A DNA stretch of 64,000 nucleotides from Candidatus Multivoradales bacterium (GCA_965223325.1 CBDCWI010000002.1:640001-704000), one strand, 5' to 3'. Positions 1-10,314 are shown, counted from the stretch's first letter. Numbers and translations are program-made. The notes: a model not told the origin generated them from the letters alone.

Positions 1-1
1 C

Positions 2-499
2 ACTCGCGACGGGAAGCTCGCCCCGGCGGCCGAACCGGCCGAGCGTTCCGACCTGAGGCGGCCGGAACCCAACGCGCACTACCTGGTCGGTTCTCTCGTC
101 TACACCACCGACCACCTCGGCCGTGTCTCGAGGGTCAGCGGCCAACTCGCGCTCGACAAGCAGCGTGACTCCTACTACTACCGCCGCAAGATCGGCAAAC
201 TAGGCAACAAGGGCGACGAGGGGGCTCACCTCATCGACCGTCGCTTCGGTGGCAAGAGTGTGCCGCTGAACCTGGTGCCGCTCGACCGCGACTTGAACCG
301 CGACAAGGCCAGTGAGTGGATGGCGATCGAGAACCAGATTGCCGAGGCACTCGAGGAAGGGCGCGAAGTCAACGTCGATTTCGAGGTGCGCTATCCCGCG
401 GGCTCCACCTCACATCGACCAGACGAGATCCTGGCGGCCTGGGGTATTGACAAGGCGTCGTACCAGCGCCGGGTCGAGAACGAACACGGCGACGACTGA
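2..499 (+). CDS. Partial (5'-truncated) protein ending in a DNA/RNA non-specific endonuclease (Endonuclea_NS_2-like) toxin domain
   Basis: Frame is open from base 2: ...YTTDHLGRV...DEGAHLIDRRFGG...NLVPLDRDLN...EWMAIEN...YP...RP. This matches the HLI-x3-FGG / NLVP / N / E pattern of this nuclease family. The track ORF 260..499 is only its tail. Confidence 0.75.
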   Translation, partial: TRDGKLAPAAEPAERSDLRRPEPNAHYLVGSLVYTTDHLGRVSRVSGQLALDKQRDSYYYRRKIGKLGNKGDEGAHLIDRRFGGKSVPLNLVPLDRDLNRDKASEWMAIENQIAEALEEGREVNVDFEVRYPAGSTSHRPDEILAAWGIDKASYQRRVENEHGDD

Positions 500-632
500 A
501 TCCCGGGCACCGGCGCTGCGGTGGTGGTGTGCCAGGGAAAACACACTGGGCTCGATGCGCTTAGACTGAGACCCCGCGACCGCAGAGATCGCGCGATGAC
601 GAATCGGTCCACAGCCTTCGAACGGTGCCCGC

Positions 633-2093
633 TTGAGTCTCCATCCTCCCGCTCCCCACAGAAGGACGCCTGCCGCGGCAGCGTTCACCGCCAGCCTTCT
701 GTCTCTGCTGGCCGCCTCGGTGCTGGCCGGCTGCCGGCCGACCGCCGAGCCGCCGCCGGGCGCCTCCGCGTTGCCAAAGCCGGCGCCAAAGTCGGCGCTC
801 GAGACTCCGGCGCCGTTCGAGAACCTGATCATCCTGATGATCGACACCCTGCGCGCCGACCATCTTCCCTGCTATGGCTACGAGCGCAACACCGCCCCTT
901 TCGTGTGCCGCCTCGCAGAGGATGGTCTTTCCTTCGAGTCCTACTCCGCCTCGTCGTGGACGCGGCCGTCGGTCGCCACCCTCTTGACCGGTCAGCCACC
1001 ACCGGTGCACCAGACAATCACCCGCAGCGACTCCCTGCCGGCCGCGATCCCGTACCTGCCTGAACTCCTGAGCGAGCAGGGTTTTGTGACCGCGACGTTC
1101 GTCGGCAACCTCAACAGCGGTCGGCGCTTTGGTTTCGCGCGTGGCTTCGAGCACTACCACCAGACTCGGCCGACCGGCAAGGTCGATGGCGCCAAGGTCA
1201 CCGATCGCGGCATCAGCCTCCTCCCGATGCTCAGCGGGCGCTACTTTCTCTACCTGCACTACGTCGACCCGCACGACCCCTACCGTCCTGCGCGCCCGTG
1301 GCAGAGCGCAGGAAGAGAAGCACGAGAACACTCCTGGACGCAGCCGCGAAAGATCGGGTCCCGCCCCCCCAACCCGCGAGAGATCACCAGCCTCATCGAT
1401 CAGTACGATGGCGAAATCCGCGAGATGGACAGCGAGATCGAGCGCTTCCTGGCGGCTGCCGACGCGGCCGGGCTGCTCGCCGACACTCTCGTGGTGATCA
1501 CTTCCGATCACGGCGAAGAGTTCGGTGAGCACGGCGGCCTCACCCACGGTCGGACCCTGTGGGAAGAAGTTGTAGCGGTACCACTCGTTCTGTGGTCCGC
1601 CGACGGTCGGCTCAGGCCATCGGCTGGCCGCCCGGTCCTCGACCACATCGATGTCCTCCCGACGCTCCTCGAAGCACTGGCGCTCGAGGTCCCCCAGGGC
1701 CTGGCCGGCGACTCGCGCTGGTCCAACCTCGAGGCGCCGCGAACAGGTTCCCGCTGGTTGCATCTCGACCTCGATGATCGCGCCCTTCTGGCTTCGCGCA
1801 ACGGCGACCAGAAGACCATTTGGAGCCCGCAGAGAAGCCTCACCTTCGACCTGGCGAGTGATCGAGAAGAACAGGCGCCGCGCCCGGCCAAGCGCCAAGC
1901 GACACTCCACATCCTCGAGCACTACCTGGCAATCGTTACCTCAACGCCACCGCAGCAGGCGCCACTGGATGACGAGGCACAGGCGGCGTTGACGGCGCTG
2001 GGCTATCTGGATCCAACCGAAGACACCACCGACCTCGGCCGGCGACAACTCACCCGCGAGTCGATCGAGCGCGCCCTCGATCAACTGCCCTGA
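633..2093 (+). CDS. Sulfatase-like hydrolase (alkaline phosphatase superfamily), lipoprotein
   Basis: Lipobox LAGC; IDTLRADHL, SWTRPS, HYVDPHDPY, YDGEI, TSDHGEEFGEHG motifs. Confidence 0.85.
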   Translation: MSLHPPAPHRRTPAAAAFTASLLSLLAASVLAGCRPTAEPPPGASALPKPAPKSALETPAPFENLIILMIDTLRADHLPCYGYERNTAPFVCRLAEDGLSFESYSASSWTRPSVATLLTGQPPPVHQTITRSDSLPAAIPYLPELLSEQGFVTATFVGNLNSGRRFGFARGFEHYHQTRPTGKVDGAKVTDRGISLLPMLSGRYFLYLHYVDPHDPYRPARPWQSAGREAREHSWTQPRKIGSRPPNPREITSLIDQYDGEIREMDSEIERFLAAADAAGLLADTLVVITSDHGEEFGEHGGLTHGRTLWEEVVAVPLVLWSADGRLRPSAGRPVLDHIDVLPTLLEALALEVPQGLAGDSRWSNLEAPRTGSRWLHLDLDDRALLASRNGDQKTIWSPQRSLTFDLASDREEQAPRPAKRQATLHILEHYLAIVTSTPPQQAPLDDEAQAALTALGYLDPTEDTTDLGRRQLTRESIERALDQLP

Positions 2094-2099
2094 CGCTTC

Positions 2100-2837
2100 G
2101 TGCCCGACAAGCGCCGACAACGTGGCCCGCACCCGCGCGACAGCAGGGACTTCTCCCTCGCGGGGGTCGCGACTCTGAGAACGGCGGTCAAGGAGCTCTC
2201 GACCCTCCTGAGCTGGGGCTACTCGCACAAGGCGGCAGTGACGCTGGTTGGTGACCGCCACCTGTTGCGGGTGCGTCAACGCAAGGCTCTGAGTCGCTGC
2301 GCGGCTTCTGATGCGGCGTGCCAGGACCGACTCTCTCGACGGGTGAAGCTCCAGGCCATCGCCGGCGAACAGCTCTGGATCGATGGCTACAATGCGTTGT
2401 TGACCGTCGAAGCCGCCATGTCGGGAGGCGTCATTCTCATCGGGCGCGACGGCGCGGCGCGCGACCTGGCCTCGTTGAGCCGCCACTATCGCGACGTTCT
2501 CACTACCGGGCCAGCACTCGAAGCCATCACCGCCATGCTCCACCGGGCAGAGGTGGGAGGAGTCCGGTGGTTGCTGGACCGCCCGATCTCGAACAGTGGC
2601 CGGCTGGCCGCTCGGATCCGAGCGATCGGTGAGGCCGCCGGCCGAAGCGACGACGTCGATCTGGTCGCCAGTCCCGATCGTCTTCTCAAAGAGACCTCCC
2701 ACCCGATCGCCACCGCCGACAGCGCGATCCTCGACCGCTGCCAGCGCTTCGTCGACCTGGCTGGTGAGACCATCGAAGAGCACGTACCCAATGCCTGGGT
2801 GATCGACTTCTCGGGCCAGGAGGAAGAGCCGGTGTGA
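2100..2837 (+). CDS. DUF434 domain protein
   Basis: LLSWGYS...VGDRHLL...QR, IDGYNAL, GRDGAARDLA, PISNSGRLA, IATADSAILD pattern. Confidence 0.75.
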   Translation: MPDKRRQRGPHPRDSRDFSLAGVATLRTAVKELSTLLSWGYSHKAAVTLVGDRHLLRVRQRKALSRCAASDAACQDRLSRRVKLQAIAGEQLWIDGYNALLTVEAAMSGGVILIGRDGAARDLASLSRHYRDVLTTGPALEAITAMLHRAEVGGVRWLLDRPISNSGRLAARIRAIGEAAGRSDDVDLVASPDRLLKETSHPIATADSAILDRCQRFVDLAGETIEEHVPNAWVIDFSGQEEEPV

Positions 2838-2991
2838 AGATCGGTAGACGAAACGCCTCCGAGAGCGAATCGTAGGCCAGATATGATTGAGACTCTCCAC
2901 CCGAGAAACCGATCGATCGCCGGTCTCCGGCCCGACCCAGCGGGACGGGCGCCAAACGGCCGTATGTTCCAACAACAGAGAGTCATGCCCG

Positions 2992-4167
2992 ATGTCCGAG
3001 ACCTTTTCCCACGCGCCATTGTCCGTCGGCCAGCAGCTGCTGTTTCGCGCCCTGTTCTTCGGTTTCGGCTTCATGCTGCCGGTAGTCTTTGTCGCCGGGA
3101 CGTTTGCCGCCGGACCGGCCGGTGCCGCTGGAGAGACCGCCGCTGGCGGGTCATCGCAGACCGAGCAGGCCGGTGAGACCTGGGCCGAGCGCCTCGGCTT
3201 TCCCAAAGGCACCCGCGCCGCCATCCTGCACGTCGACGACGTGGGCATGTCGCACGACTCGAACGTCGGCCTGTGGCGCTCGGCACTGGAGGGAGTCGCC
3301 AATTCCGCCTCGATCATGATGCCCTGCCCCTGGGTTCCCGAGTTTTTTCACTGGCTCGAAGACCACCCCGACTTCGACGCTGGCCTCCACTTGACGCTGA
3401 CTTCCGAGTGGTCCGAGTACCGTTGGGGGCCGCTACTCGGCAAAGACACCGTACCCGGCCTGGTCGACAGCGAGGGCGCGATGTGGAGCAGCGTCGCCGA
3501 GGTCGTCGCGAACGCCACCGCCGACGAGGTCGAGCAAGAAATCCGCGCCCAGGTCGAACGGGCGCGCGCCTTCGGCTGGGAGCCGACCCACCTCGACTCG
3601 CACATGGGCACTTTGTTTGCCACCGATGAGTTTCTCGAGCGCTACATGAAGGTCGGTATCGAGCTCGGCATCCCCGTGATGATCCCGGCCGGTCACAACA
3701 CTGCTCTTGAGAACCAATACCGCGACGAGGCCATCGAACAGCTCAAGCGAGCCGGCAAGTACGAAGAAGGCATGAAGGTCCCGCTGCCTGAGAACCTCTC
3801 ACGTTCCGGACCCGCCGGCCAGTTGCTCTGGCAAGCCGGGCTGCCGGTCATCGATGACCTCCACAACACCAGCTACGGCTGGAGGCTGCCCGAAGGCGAG
3901 GACTTCTCGGTTGAGGCCATTCGCGAGCTCAAGGTCAAGAACTACCAGCAGGCGATTCGCGAGCTCGAGCCCGGCGTCACCATGATCATCATGCACGCCA
4001 CCGTCCCGAGTGAGAACTTCGAGTTCGTCTCGACATCAGGACCCACCCGTCACGGTGATGCGCTGGCGATGATGGATCCCCGCCTTCGTAAGACCATCGA
4101 AGAAGAAGGCGTCGTGCTCACCACCTGGCGCGAGCTCTACGAACGACGCAAGGCGATCGATCGCTAG
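2992..4167 (+). CDS. YdjC/ChbG-family carbohydrate deacetylase
   Basis: LHVDDVGM, GLHLTLTSEW, PTHLDSHMG motifs; N-terminal hydrophobic segment; start uncertain. Confidence 0.85.
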   Translation: MSETFSHAPLSVGQQLLFRALFFGFGFMLPVVFVAGTFAAGPAGAAGETAAGGSSQTEQAGETWAERLGFPKGTRAAILHVDDVGMSHDSNVGLWRSALEGVANSASIMMPCPWVPEFFHWLEDHPDFDAGLHLTLTSEWSEYRWGPLLGKDTVPGLVDSEGAMWSSVAEVVANATADEVEQEIRAQVERARAFGWEPTHLDSHMGTLFATDEFLERYMKVGIELGIPVMIPAGHNTALENQYRDEAIEQLKRAGKYEEGMKVPLPENLSRSGPAGQLLWQAGLPVIDDLHNTSYGWRLPEGEDFSVEAIRELKVKNYQQAIRELEPGVTMIIMHATVPSENFEFVSTSGPTRHGDALAMMDPRLRKTIEEEGVVLTTWRELYERRKAIDR

Positions 4168-4173
4168 ACCTAT

Positions 4174-5511
4174 CTACTTGACGAGCAGAATCCGCTCGTT
4201 GACCGGGTAGAGCCACTCGACGCCGCGGGCGGTCACCAAGGCGTCATCTTCGAGCGGTATCCGGACCTTCTTTCCGCCCCACTCGGGGGCCGCCGTGTAG
4301 GCGAACAGCTCGATCGACAGGAGGTTGCTGGCCCGCAAGGTGTATCCCCGACGGACCGGGTTGAAGGTGGCGATCGACGGACCGATGCCGTGACCGGTGT
4401 TGCCGACCGAGTGGCAGCCGATCACCACATCGGTCGAAAGAGGGTCATCGGTGGGCTGGTTGAAGCCGATCTGCTTGAAGCCGCCTTCGGAGAGTGCTTC
4501 GTAGATCGCCGCCTCCGCTTCTCTTGCCGTGACATTCGGTCGGATGGCGCCACGCACGATGGCGCGCGCTTCCTTGGCGCGATCGAAGGCGTTTCGTATG
4601 CCAGCCGGCGCCTCGGTCTCGCCATCGCGCAGCACGTAGGCGATGCGCTTCATATCGGTATAGAGATTCATCAAGCCAACGCCCCAATCGATCATCAACA
4701 GATCGCCACGCGCGATGATGTGCTCGTTCGAAAGGTGCGCAATGCCCTCGGGACCGGTGACGTAGATCGACGGCATGCCGAACGAAAGCCCCAGGCCGCG
4801 TTGGAAGAGCTGATCCTGAAGCCACCAGGCGACATCCTCGAGCGTCGTGACGCCAGGTGTGATCACCTCGTTCGAAAAGGCCCGCTCGGCAAGCTGGCGC
4901 GAAATCTCACCGGCCTCGGCAAACGCGGCGATCTCACTGGTGACCCGACGTGAACGGAAGTCCGAAACCAGCTTCTCTGCCGACACCAGGCGTGATGCAT
5001 AGGGCTCGCCGAGGGTCTCACGAAGCTGCTCCCAGGCGCTGTAGGTGAGGCCGTCGGCGGCACCGAAGTTGCGCGAGATGTTGACGCCGATACGCTCTGG
5101 ATCGCGCGAGCGGACAACCTCGGCCAGATCTCCAGACGGGAGAAACTCGTCGTAGGCCAACGACCGTTCGAGCATGTAGCCGGTGATACCGAGAGCCAGG
5201 CGTTCGATGCGACCGGAACCGTTGTCGAAGAAGACGTAGTAGCCGTCCTTGCCTACGTAGCCCTGGCCCAGATCGAGCCACAACGGATCGTGATAGCCCT
5301 CGCGCAGCGCCACAATCCACAGATCGATCTGGTTCTCGCGCATGGCCTCTGGCAAGACGAGATCGAACTTGTCGCGCCGGATCTGCGCCATCGTCTCCCA
5401 TCGACGCTTGGCTTCGTTCGCCTCAGAAGAGTCGGGCAGAGCCAGAGGAAGAACGAGGGCCATCGCAAGCGAAGCGCCGAGAGGAAAGCGAAACGTTGGG
5501 TGCATGCTCAT
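4174..5511 (-). CDS. M24 family metallopeptidase (Xaa-Pro peptidase-like), secreted
   Basis: Signal peptide; pita-bread metal ligands IDWG / YTDMKR / HSVG..GHG / IELF / LEDD. Confidence 0.85.
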   Translation of the reverse strand: MSMHPTFRFPLGASLAMALVLPLALPDSSEANEAKRRWETMAQIRRDKFDLVLPEAMRENQIDLWIVALREGYHDPLWLDLGQGYVGKDGYYVFFDNGSGRIERLALGITGYMLERSLAYDEFLPSGDLAEVVRSRDPERIGVNISRNFGAADGLTYSAWEQLRETLGEPYASRLVSAEKLVSDFRSRRVTSEIAAFAEAGEISRQLAERAFSNEVITPGVTTLEDVAWWLQDQLFQRGLGLSFGMPSIYVTGPEGIAHLSNEHIIARGDLLMIDWGVGLMNLYTDMKRIAYVLRDGETEAPAGIRNAFDRAKEARAIVRGAIRPNVTAREAEAAIYEALSEGGFKQIGFNQPTDDPLSTDVVIGCHSVGNTGHGIGPSIATFNPVRRGYTLRASNLLSIELFAYTAAPEWGGKKVRIPLEDDALVTARGVEWLYPVNERILLVK

Positions 5512-5566
5512 CAGATCTCCTGCAGCTTGAAAGCAAAGAGGCACATCGGGCCGGTTCTCTAGCGGC

Positions 5567-6250
5567 TCACTGTGCGTGGGCTTTTCGGTGAATCGACGCC
5601 AGCTGGCGGCGGAGGCGTTTCTCCTTCACCTGGCCGGAAACGATGCGCCGGTAGCGCTCGGAATCCGCAACAAAACGGCCGATCTCGGTCAGCACGCCGA
5701 TCTTGTCCATCGACTCCGCCTCCCGATCGAGAGAAAGGAGAGCCGCCGCAAGGTCGACCTCGTCACGAACGACGTGGCGCCTGATGCGGTCCCGCTCATC
5801 GTTCATGAGAACGACCCCGCTCTTTGTGTCTGCCACCAGGTGGCCTTCTTCGGTCTGCCAGGCCAGGACCTTGACCGGATCACCACTCCGCCAGGTCTCG
5901 ATCAACGCGGTGCGCTCGAATCGAGTCGCTTCGCACACCGACGCCTCGGGATCGCGACGCTCGACCAGCACCAGGTCGTACTCACGCCGACGCGTCGGCA
6001 GGTGGATCGGATCGAGTACCTCGACCGACACCGCCCAGCCGCCCTCGATCGGCACCGCAGGCACCACCACCCGGCCGATGAACAAGAAGGCACCAGGTAA
6101 GAAGGTGTCTGGCCGCGCGTCGAACTCGGGCAGGCCGCACGGCGACTCGCCCAAGGAGGGCAGAGCGGCGACGGTGGTCAGGAGAAGGCCTGCCACGACC
6201 GCCCACCGAGCACTGCCGCGGCCGCCACTGCGGCGGGTGCGAGGTTTCAT
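5567..6250 (-). CDS. Hypothetical secreted protein
   Basis: Arg-rich N-region plus hydrophobic signal; collinear with flanking minus-strand genes. Confidence 0.6.
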   Translation of the reverse strand: MKPRTRRSGGRGSARWAVVAGLLLTTVAALPSLGESPCGLPEFDARPDTFLPGAFLFIGRVVVPAVPIEGGWAVSVEVLDPIHLPTRRREYDLVLVERRDPEASVCEATRFERTALIETWRSGDPVKVLAWQTEEGHLVADTKSGVVLMNDERDRIRRHVVRDEVDLAAALLSLDREAESMDKIGVLTEIGRFVADSERYRRIVSGQVKEKRLRRQLASIHRKAHAQ

Positions 6251-6283
6251 TCCCGCCAAGCTACCACCGGCACCCGGGACCCT

Positions 6284-8560
6284 CTAGCGGCCGCCGAAGA
6301 CGTCGATCAGGTGGCTGTACTTGATGATCAGGGAGCGGTCAGGGCGTAGGAACTGCCGCCCACGGCCGAACTCGTCGATCTCGTTGTAGACCACGAACAG
6401 GCCGGTATTCGCGCCCTGCAACCAGCTGAAGCGCAGATTCGTCGAGATGGCATCGGTAACGTCGTTGTACTGCACCAGGGTCTGCACCAACATACGCGGT
6501 GTGATCGCAAACGAGACCCGGGCCCGACCGAGGTTGATCTCGAAGTCGCCGAGCGGCAGGTTGACGTTGTCGTGACGCCAGGTGAGCTGAGACGTCAGCT
6601 GTTCTCCCCAACGTAGTGCCACCGTGTTGCTCATCGACACCCGATCACCGCCGAAGAAGCCGCCTATCGTGATGCGGTTGGAGTAACTGTAGGGGGCGCC
6701 CTGGTTGGTGAAGAAGACGATCTGGGCCTCGTCGTGGCTGTACTCGCCGGCTGGTACGAAGACATCGGGCGCGATTTCGAACGTTTCGCGCACCCCCTCG
6801 TAGGTGAAGTTGATCCCAGTGTGAATCTCCATACCACTGCGCCACTCCCAGTGGTTGTCGACGTGAATGAACTCGGACTCCTGCTCGTCGTCGAGGTAGT
6901 CCCAATAGCCGGTGTACGACACGTGCGGCCGGAGCTCCTGCAGGCCCCAGCGATCTTTGGGCCTGATGGTGCGCATGACGAAACCTGAACCCTTGTGAAA
7001 GGCCGAGCGCGACAGGAAGCCGACTTCCGGGTTGAAGGCGTCACCGGTCTCGGTGTAGTCGAGAAAGCCGCGCCACTTCGGCGAGGCATGGGAGTAGTTG
7101 AGCTGGAAGGCGTGGTCATCGCCGTCGAGCCCCGGGGTGTCGGTCTGGGCAACGAAGCCGCGCAACGTGTGGTACTCGCCAATGCCGGCCTGGAAGTCGA
7201 GGCCATAGGTGCGGTTCGAGTCGCCGGCGGGCGAAAAGGAACCCGACCCGTCGCGCGATATCGCGATGACGCCGATGTTCGAACGGTTCGGCAGGTCACG
7301 GCTGACTCGCGCGACACCGAACGCGTTGGCCTGTACGGCTGCGTTGTCGCCCTTGGCACGCAGCGAATCGGTGCGCATGCCGAGAACACCGACCGACGTC
7401 CGGCCGACGCGACCCGAGAGACGCAGGCCGCCTGCGATCGGAATCTGTTGACCGGCCGGTCCCAGTCCGATCCGGCGGCTGAAGAAGAGATCGACCTCGC
7501 CGGAGCTACCGACGGCGAACAAACCGGCGTTCTCGAGAAAGAAGGGGCGCTTCTCGGGAAAGAACAGATTGAAGCGATCGAGATTGACCTGCTGTTCGTC
7601 GACCTCGACCTGGGCGAAGTCGGTATTGATGGTGGCGTCGAGCGTCAGGCTTGGGGTAATGCCCCACTTGGCGTCGATGCCAACCTCGGCATCGTCACTT
7701 TCACCTCGAGCCTCCGCAGGATCCTGGCGCACCGTACCGAGTGCATAGGGGATCAACTGAAGATTGCGCTGCGGAGGTACCTCGAGACCACTGATAGTGC
7801 CCGCCTCGGTCAAGCGATCGATACTCATCTGTCGATCGAGCGGCGCCCAGAACGCTGTCTCGTTGCGCCGCCGGATGTTGCGCTGGAAGTTGATCCCCCA
7901 GCTCTGCACTCGACCGGGCGGGTAGCGCAGAGTGGAGAACGGAATGGCCATCTCCGCCGACCACCCGTCGGCGCTCTGCTGGGCGGCCACCAACCAGTCG
8001 CCGTCCCAGTTCAAATTGAAGCCGCCGCCGGCGCCACCGCGGAAACGCCCGCCGCCACCGAGGGATCCGAACGCTCCCGAGCCGCCGCGCACGACCTGGC
8101 CGTCGTACTCGATGCCTGCTGGGTTGGTGCCGAAGAGAAAGCCGTTCTGCCCGTCCTCGAAGGTGTCGAAGATGACCTGAAAACTGTCGCCGTCATTGAG
8201 CGAGGCATCGCGCCGTGCATCGGAAACGATGATCGCATCAGGCTCGCGGTCATACGCCATGAGACCGATATAGAGCGTGTCCTCGGTGAAGGCGATGCGC
8301 ACCTCGGTCTTCTCCGACGCGGCCTGACCTGCGAATGGACTGGTCTGGAAGAAGCCGGTCGCCGGCGGCACATCTGCCCACACCGGATCGCCCAGGACAT
8401 CGCCGTCGACCGTCGGTGGTCCGTCCACGGCCATCGCGGTCATCGACGGGCGCGGGCTCGAGGCGTCTTCGGCCATCGCCGGAGGCGCCAGCACCACCAT
8501 CGCAACGGCCACCGCGGCGAAGCAACAGAGGAAAGGTCGACCAAGGGGGAAGCGCAACAT
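6284..8560 (-). CDS. DUF5916 / CBM9-like domain outer-membrane protein
   Basis: Signal peptide; N-terminal sugar-binding-like domain (VDGDV...W, GWSAEMAIPF); NTDFAQVEVD, FFPEKRPFFLEN, LFFSRRIG motifs. Confidence 0.85.
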   Translation of the reverse strand: MLRFPLGRPFLCCFAAVAVAMVVLAPPAMAEDASSPRPSMTAMAVDGPPTVDGDVLGDPVWADVPPATGFFQTSPFAGQAASEKTEVRIAFTEDTLYIGLMAYDREPDAIIVSDARRDASLNDGDSFQVIFDTFEDGQNGFLFGTNPAGIEYDGQVVRGGSGAFGSLGGGGRFRGGAGGGFNLNWDGDWLVAAQQSADGWSAEMAIPFSTLRYPPGRVQSWGINFQRNIRRRNETAFWAPLDRQMSIDRLTEAGTISGLEVPPQRNLQLIPYALGTVRQDPAEARGESDDAEVGIDAKWGITPSLTLDATINTDFAQVEVDEQQVNLDRFNLFFPEKRPFFLENAGLFAVGSSGEVDLFFSRRIGLGPAGQQIPIAGGLRLSGRVGRTSVGVLGMRTDSLRAKGDNAAVQANAFGVARVSRDLPNRSNIGVIAISRDGSGSFSPAGDSNRTYGLDFQAGIGEYHTLRGFVAQTDTPGLDGDDHAFQLNYSHASPKWRGFLDYTETGDAFNPEVGFLSRSAFHKGSGFVMRTIRPKDRWGLQELRPHVSYTGYWDYLDDEQESEFIHVDNHWEWRSGMEIHTGINFTYEGVRETFEIAPDVFVPAGEYSHDEAQIVFFTNQGAPYSYSNRITIGGFFGGDRVSMSNTVALRWGEQLTSQLTWRHDNVNLPLGDFEINLGRARVSFAITPRMLVQTLVQYNDVTDAISTNLRFSWLQGANTGLFVVYNEIDEFGRGRQFLRPDRSLIIKYSHLIDVFGGR

Positions 8561-8754
8561 GAAGAAAACCTCGTGGGTACTTATTCGGGCCCGCTGGCGC
8601 AGCCGGTGCTGACAACGCTCACGGCGCTTTCCACGAGAATGCGGCCGAGGACCAGTGCGAGGGACTATCCCAGGCTACTGGCCGTCCGGTCAATAGCTCG
8701 CTTCTTCTTCTAGCTCTTCCAGGCGGCTCCGGGTCTTACGCCGCGGGGCATAGG

Positions 8755-9351
8755 ATGCCCGCCATGGAGCAGTTCAGAAAAGCCAAACGGGTCGCCGACA
8801 TCGATTGGGCGACCTGGCGGGCGGTCGAGCGCGCCACCCTCGTTTTCGTCACCCGAAAGGTCCGTCGAAAGCGCGAGGTCCTCTTGATTCGCAAGAAGCG
8901 CGGCCTCGGCGCCGGCAAGATCAACGGCCCTGGCGGCAAGCTCGATCCCGGCGAGAGCGCCCGCCAATGCGCAGCCCGCGAGACCCAGGAAGAACTGCGA
9001 ATCGAAGTCTCTGACCTAGAACTGATGGCCGAACACCGTTTCCAGTTCCAGAACGGCCACTCGATCCACGTGCTCGTCTACACCACCGAACGCTTCTCTG
9101 GCACCCCGACGGAGACCGATGAAGCCGTCCCGCTGTGGACCGATACCAGAGAGGTCCCGTGGTCAGAAATGTGGGCCGACGACGAACTCTGGCTGCCCTA
9201 TCTGTTCGAAGGCCGCACGGTGCGGGCGGAGTGGATCTTCGACGGCGAAGCAATGTGTGACGGTGTCATCGAGGTCGCGGTTGCACTCGACGAGGATGCG
9301 CTTGCTGACGGCTACTGCGACAGCCATGCGGAGAATGCCAACCAGCCTTGA
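8755..9351 (+). CDS. NUDIX hydrolase, 8-oxo-dGTP diphosphatase-like
   Basis: Nudix box GGKLDPGESARQCAARETQEEL; KKRGLGAGK and MWADD motifs of MTH1-like enzymes. Confidence 0.9.
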   Translation: MPAMEQFRKAKRVADIDWATWRAVERATLVFVTRKVRRKREVLLIRKKRGLGAGKINGPGGKLDPGESARQCAARETQEELRIEVSDLELMAEHRFQFQNGHSIHVLVYTTERFSGTPTETDEAVPLWTDTREVPWSEMWADDELWLPYLFEGRTVRAEWIFDGEAMCDGVIEVAVALDEDALADGYCDSHAENANQP

Positions 9352-9382
9352 GGCTGGTTGGCACCTTTCGATCCGCGATCGG

Positions 9383-10159
9383 CTAGGGAGCCTGGATGTT
9401 GCTGAGCTCGGGCACGAAGGCCATGATCGAACGACGCGAGGCGATGGCACTTGTCGCATCCATCATGCGAGCCGCCTCTGCCGCGCCGTACTCCTCCGCT
9501 AGAACTGCGGGCACACCGGGAAAGTCGTCGATGGCCGCGAACGAGTCGATACCCGTAAAGAAGCCGTACTCCGCACCCTGCCCACCGATGGTCGTCTGCA
9601 GGCACAGGACCGGGTCGACGTCGTCGTTCTTGCGGGCCGCCTTGACCCAGGCTCCGGCGCCCTTGGCAAAAGTCTCCATCTGATCCGGCGCGGGCCTGAA
9701 GCCTGTGAAGTACAGGTAGGCCGGAGGTGCCATCGAGGGCGTTTCCGAGGGCTTCGACCATTGTTGACACTCGGTCACTACCCGCGTCTCGCTGGCCGAA
9801 TTCGCCGCCAGGGCGGCGCCGACTTTGGCAGCCTTCGCGGCTCCCAAGGACTCCGTCAGCACCTCTTGCGGCTGTGCCCAGCCATCCATGTCGCCCATCT
9901 TCTGGATCGGCACGAAGAAGACGAAGCTGGTTCCCTCGCCGGTGACATTGGTGTAGGTCGCCCAGCTGTTGCCGTTGTCATGCTTCTTGTGGGCCTCAAC
10001 CACGGAGGCCAGGGCCTCGGTGTAGGCCGCTTCGCCACCGGGGTGGATATCGGCCGAAATGACGTAGAACATGGAACCGGGCGCCTCGTCTTGAGCGAGG
10101 CCAGGCATGGCGATCAGGGCCATACTGAGTCCAAGCAGGAATGTCAGGACGTACTTCAT
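9383..10159 (-). CDS. Hypothetical secreted protein with two similar halves
   Basis: AGGAGG RBS before ATG 10159; signal peptide MKYVLTFLL...LAQ; duplicated pattern (FFVPI..M.D.D / FFTGI..FA..D). Confidence 0.75.
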   Translation of the reverse strand: MKYVLTFLLGLSMALIAMPGLAQDEAPGSMFYVISADIHPGGEAAYTEALASVVEAHKKHDNGNSWATYTNVTGEGTSFVFFVPIQKMGDMDGWAQPQEVLTESLGAAKAAKVGAALAANSASETRVVTECQQWSKPSETPSMAPPAYLYFTGFRPAPDQMETFAKGAGAWVKAARKNDDVDPVLCLQTTIGGQGAEYGFFTGIDSFAAIDDFPGVPAVLAEEYGAAEAARMMDATSAIASRRSIMAFVPELSNIQAP

Positions 10160-10314
10160 TGAGAAACCTCCCTGAGTTTGTGGAACGGTACGGATCAATT
10201 GCACGTTGAGTGCACGAGCGTCAGCCGGCCAGAGTCCGAACCCGCTGGGCACTTCCGGAGGAACCGCCAGCGGAGTAAGGAGGAGAGCGTTCTTGGTTGT
10301 CGTGGCTTGCAGAC

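Noticed and set aside
561-8713. Long antisense ORFs such as 561..1922(-) and 6995..8713(+), and similar ones across the window
   Set aside because: They are shadow frames of well-supported genes in high-GC DNA, with no recognisable motifs.
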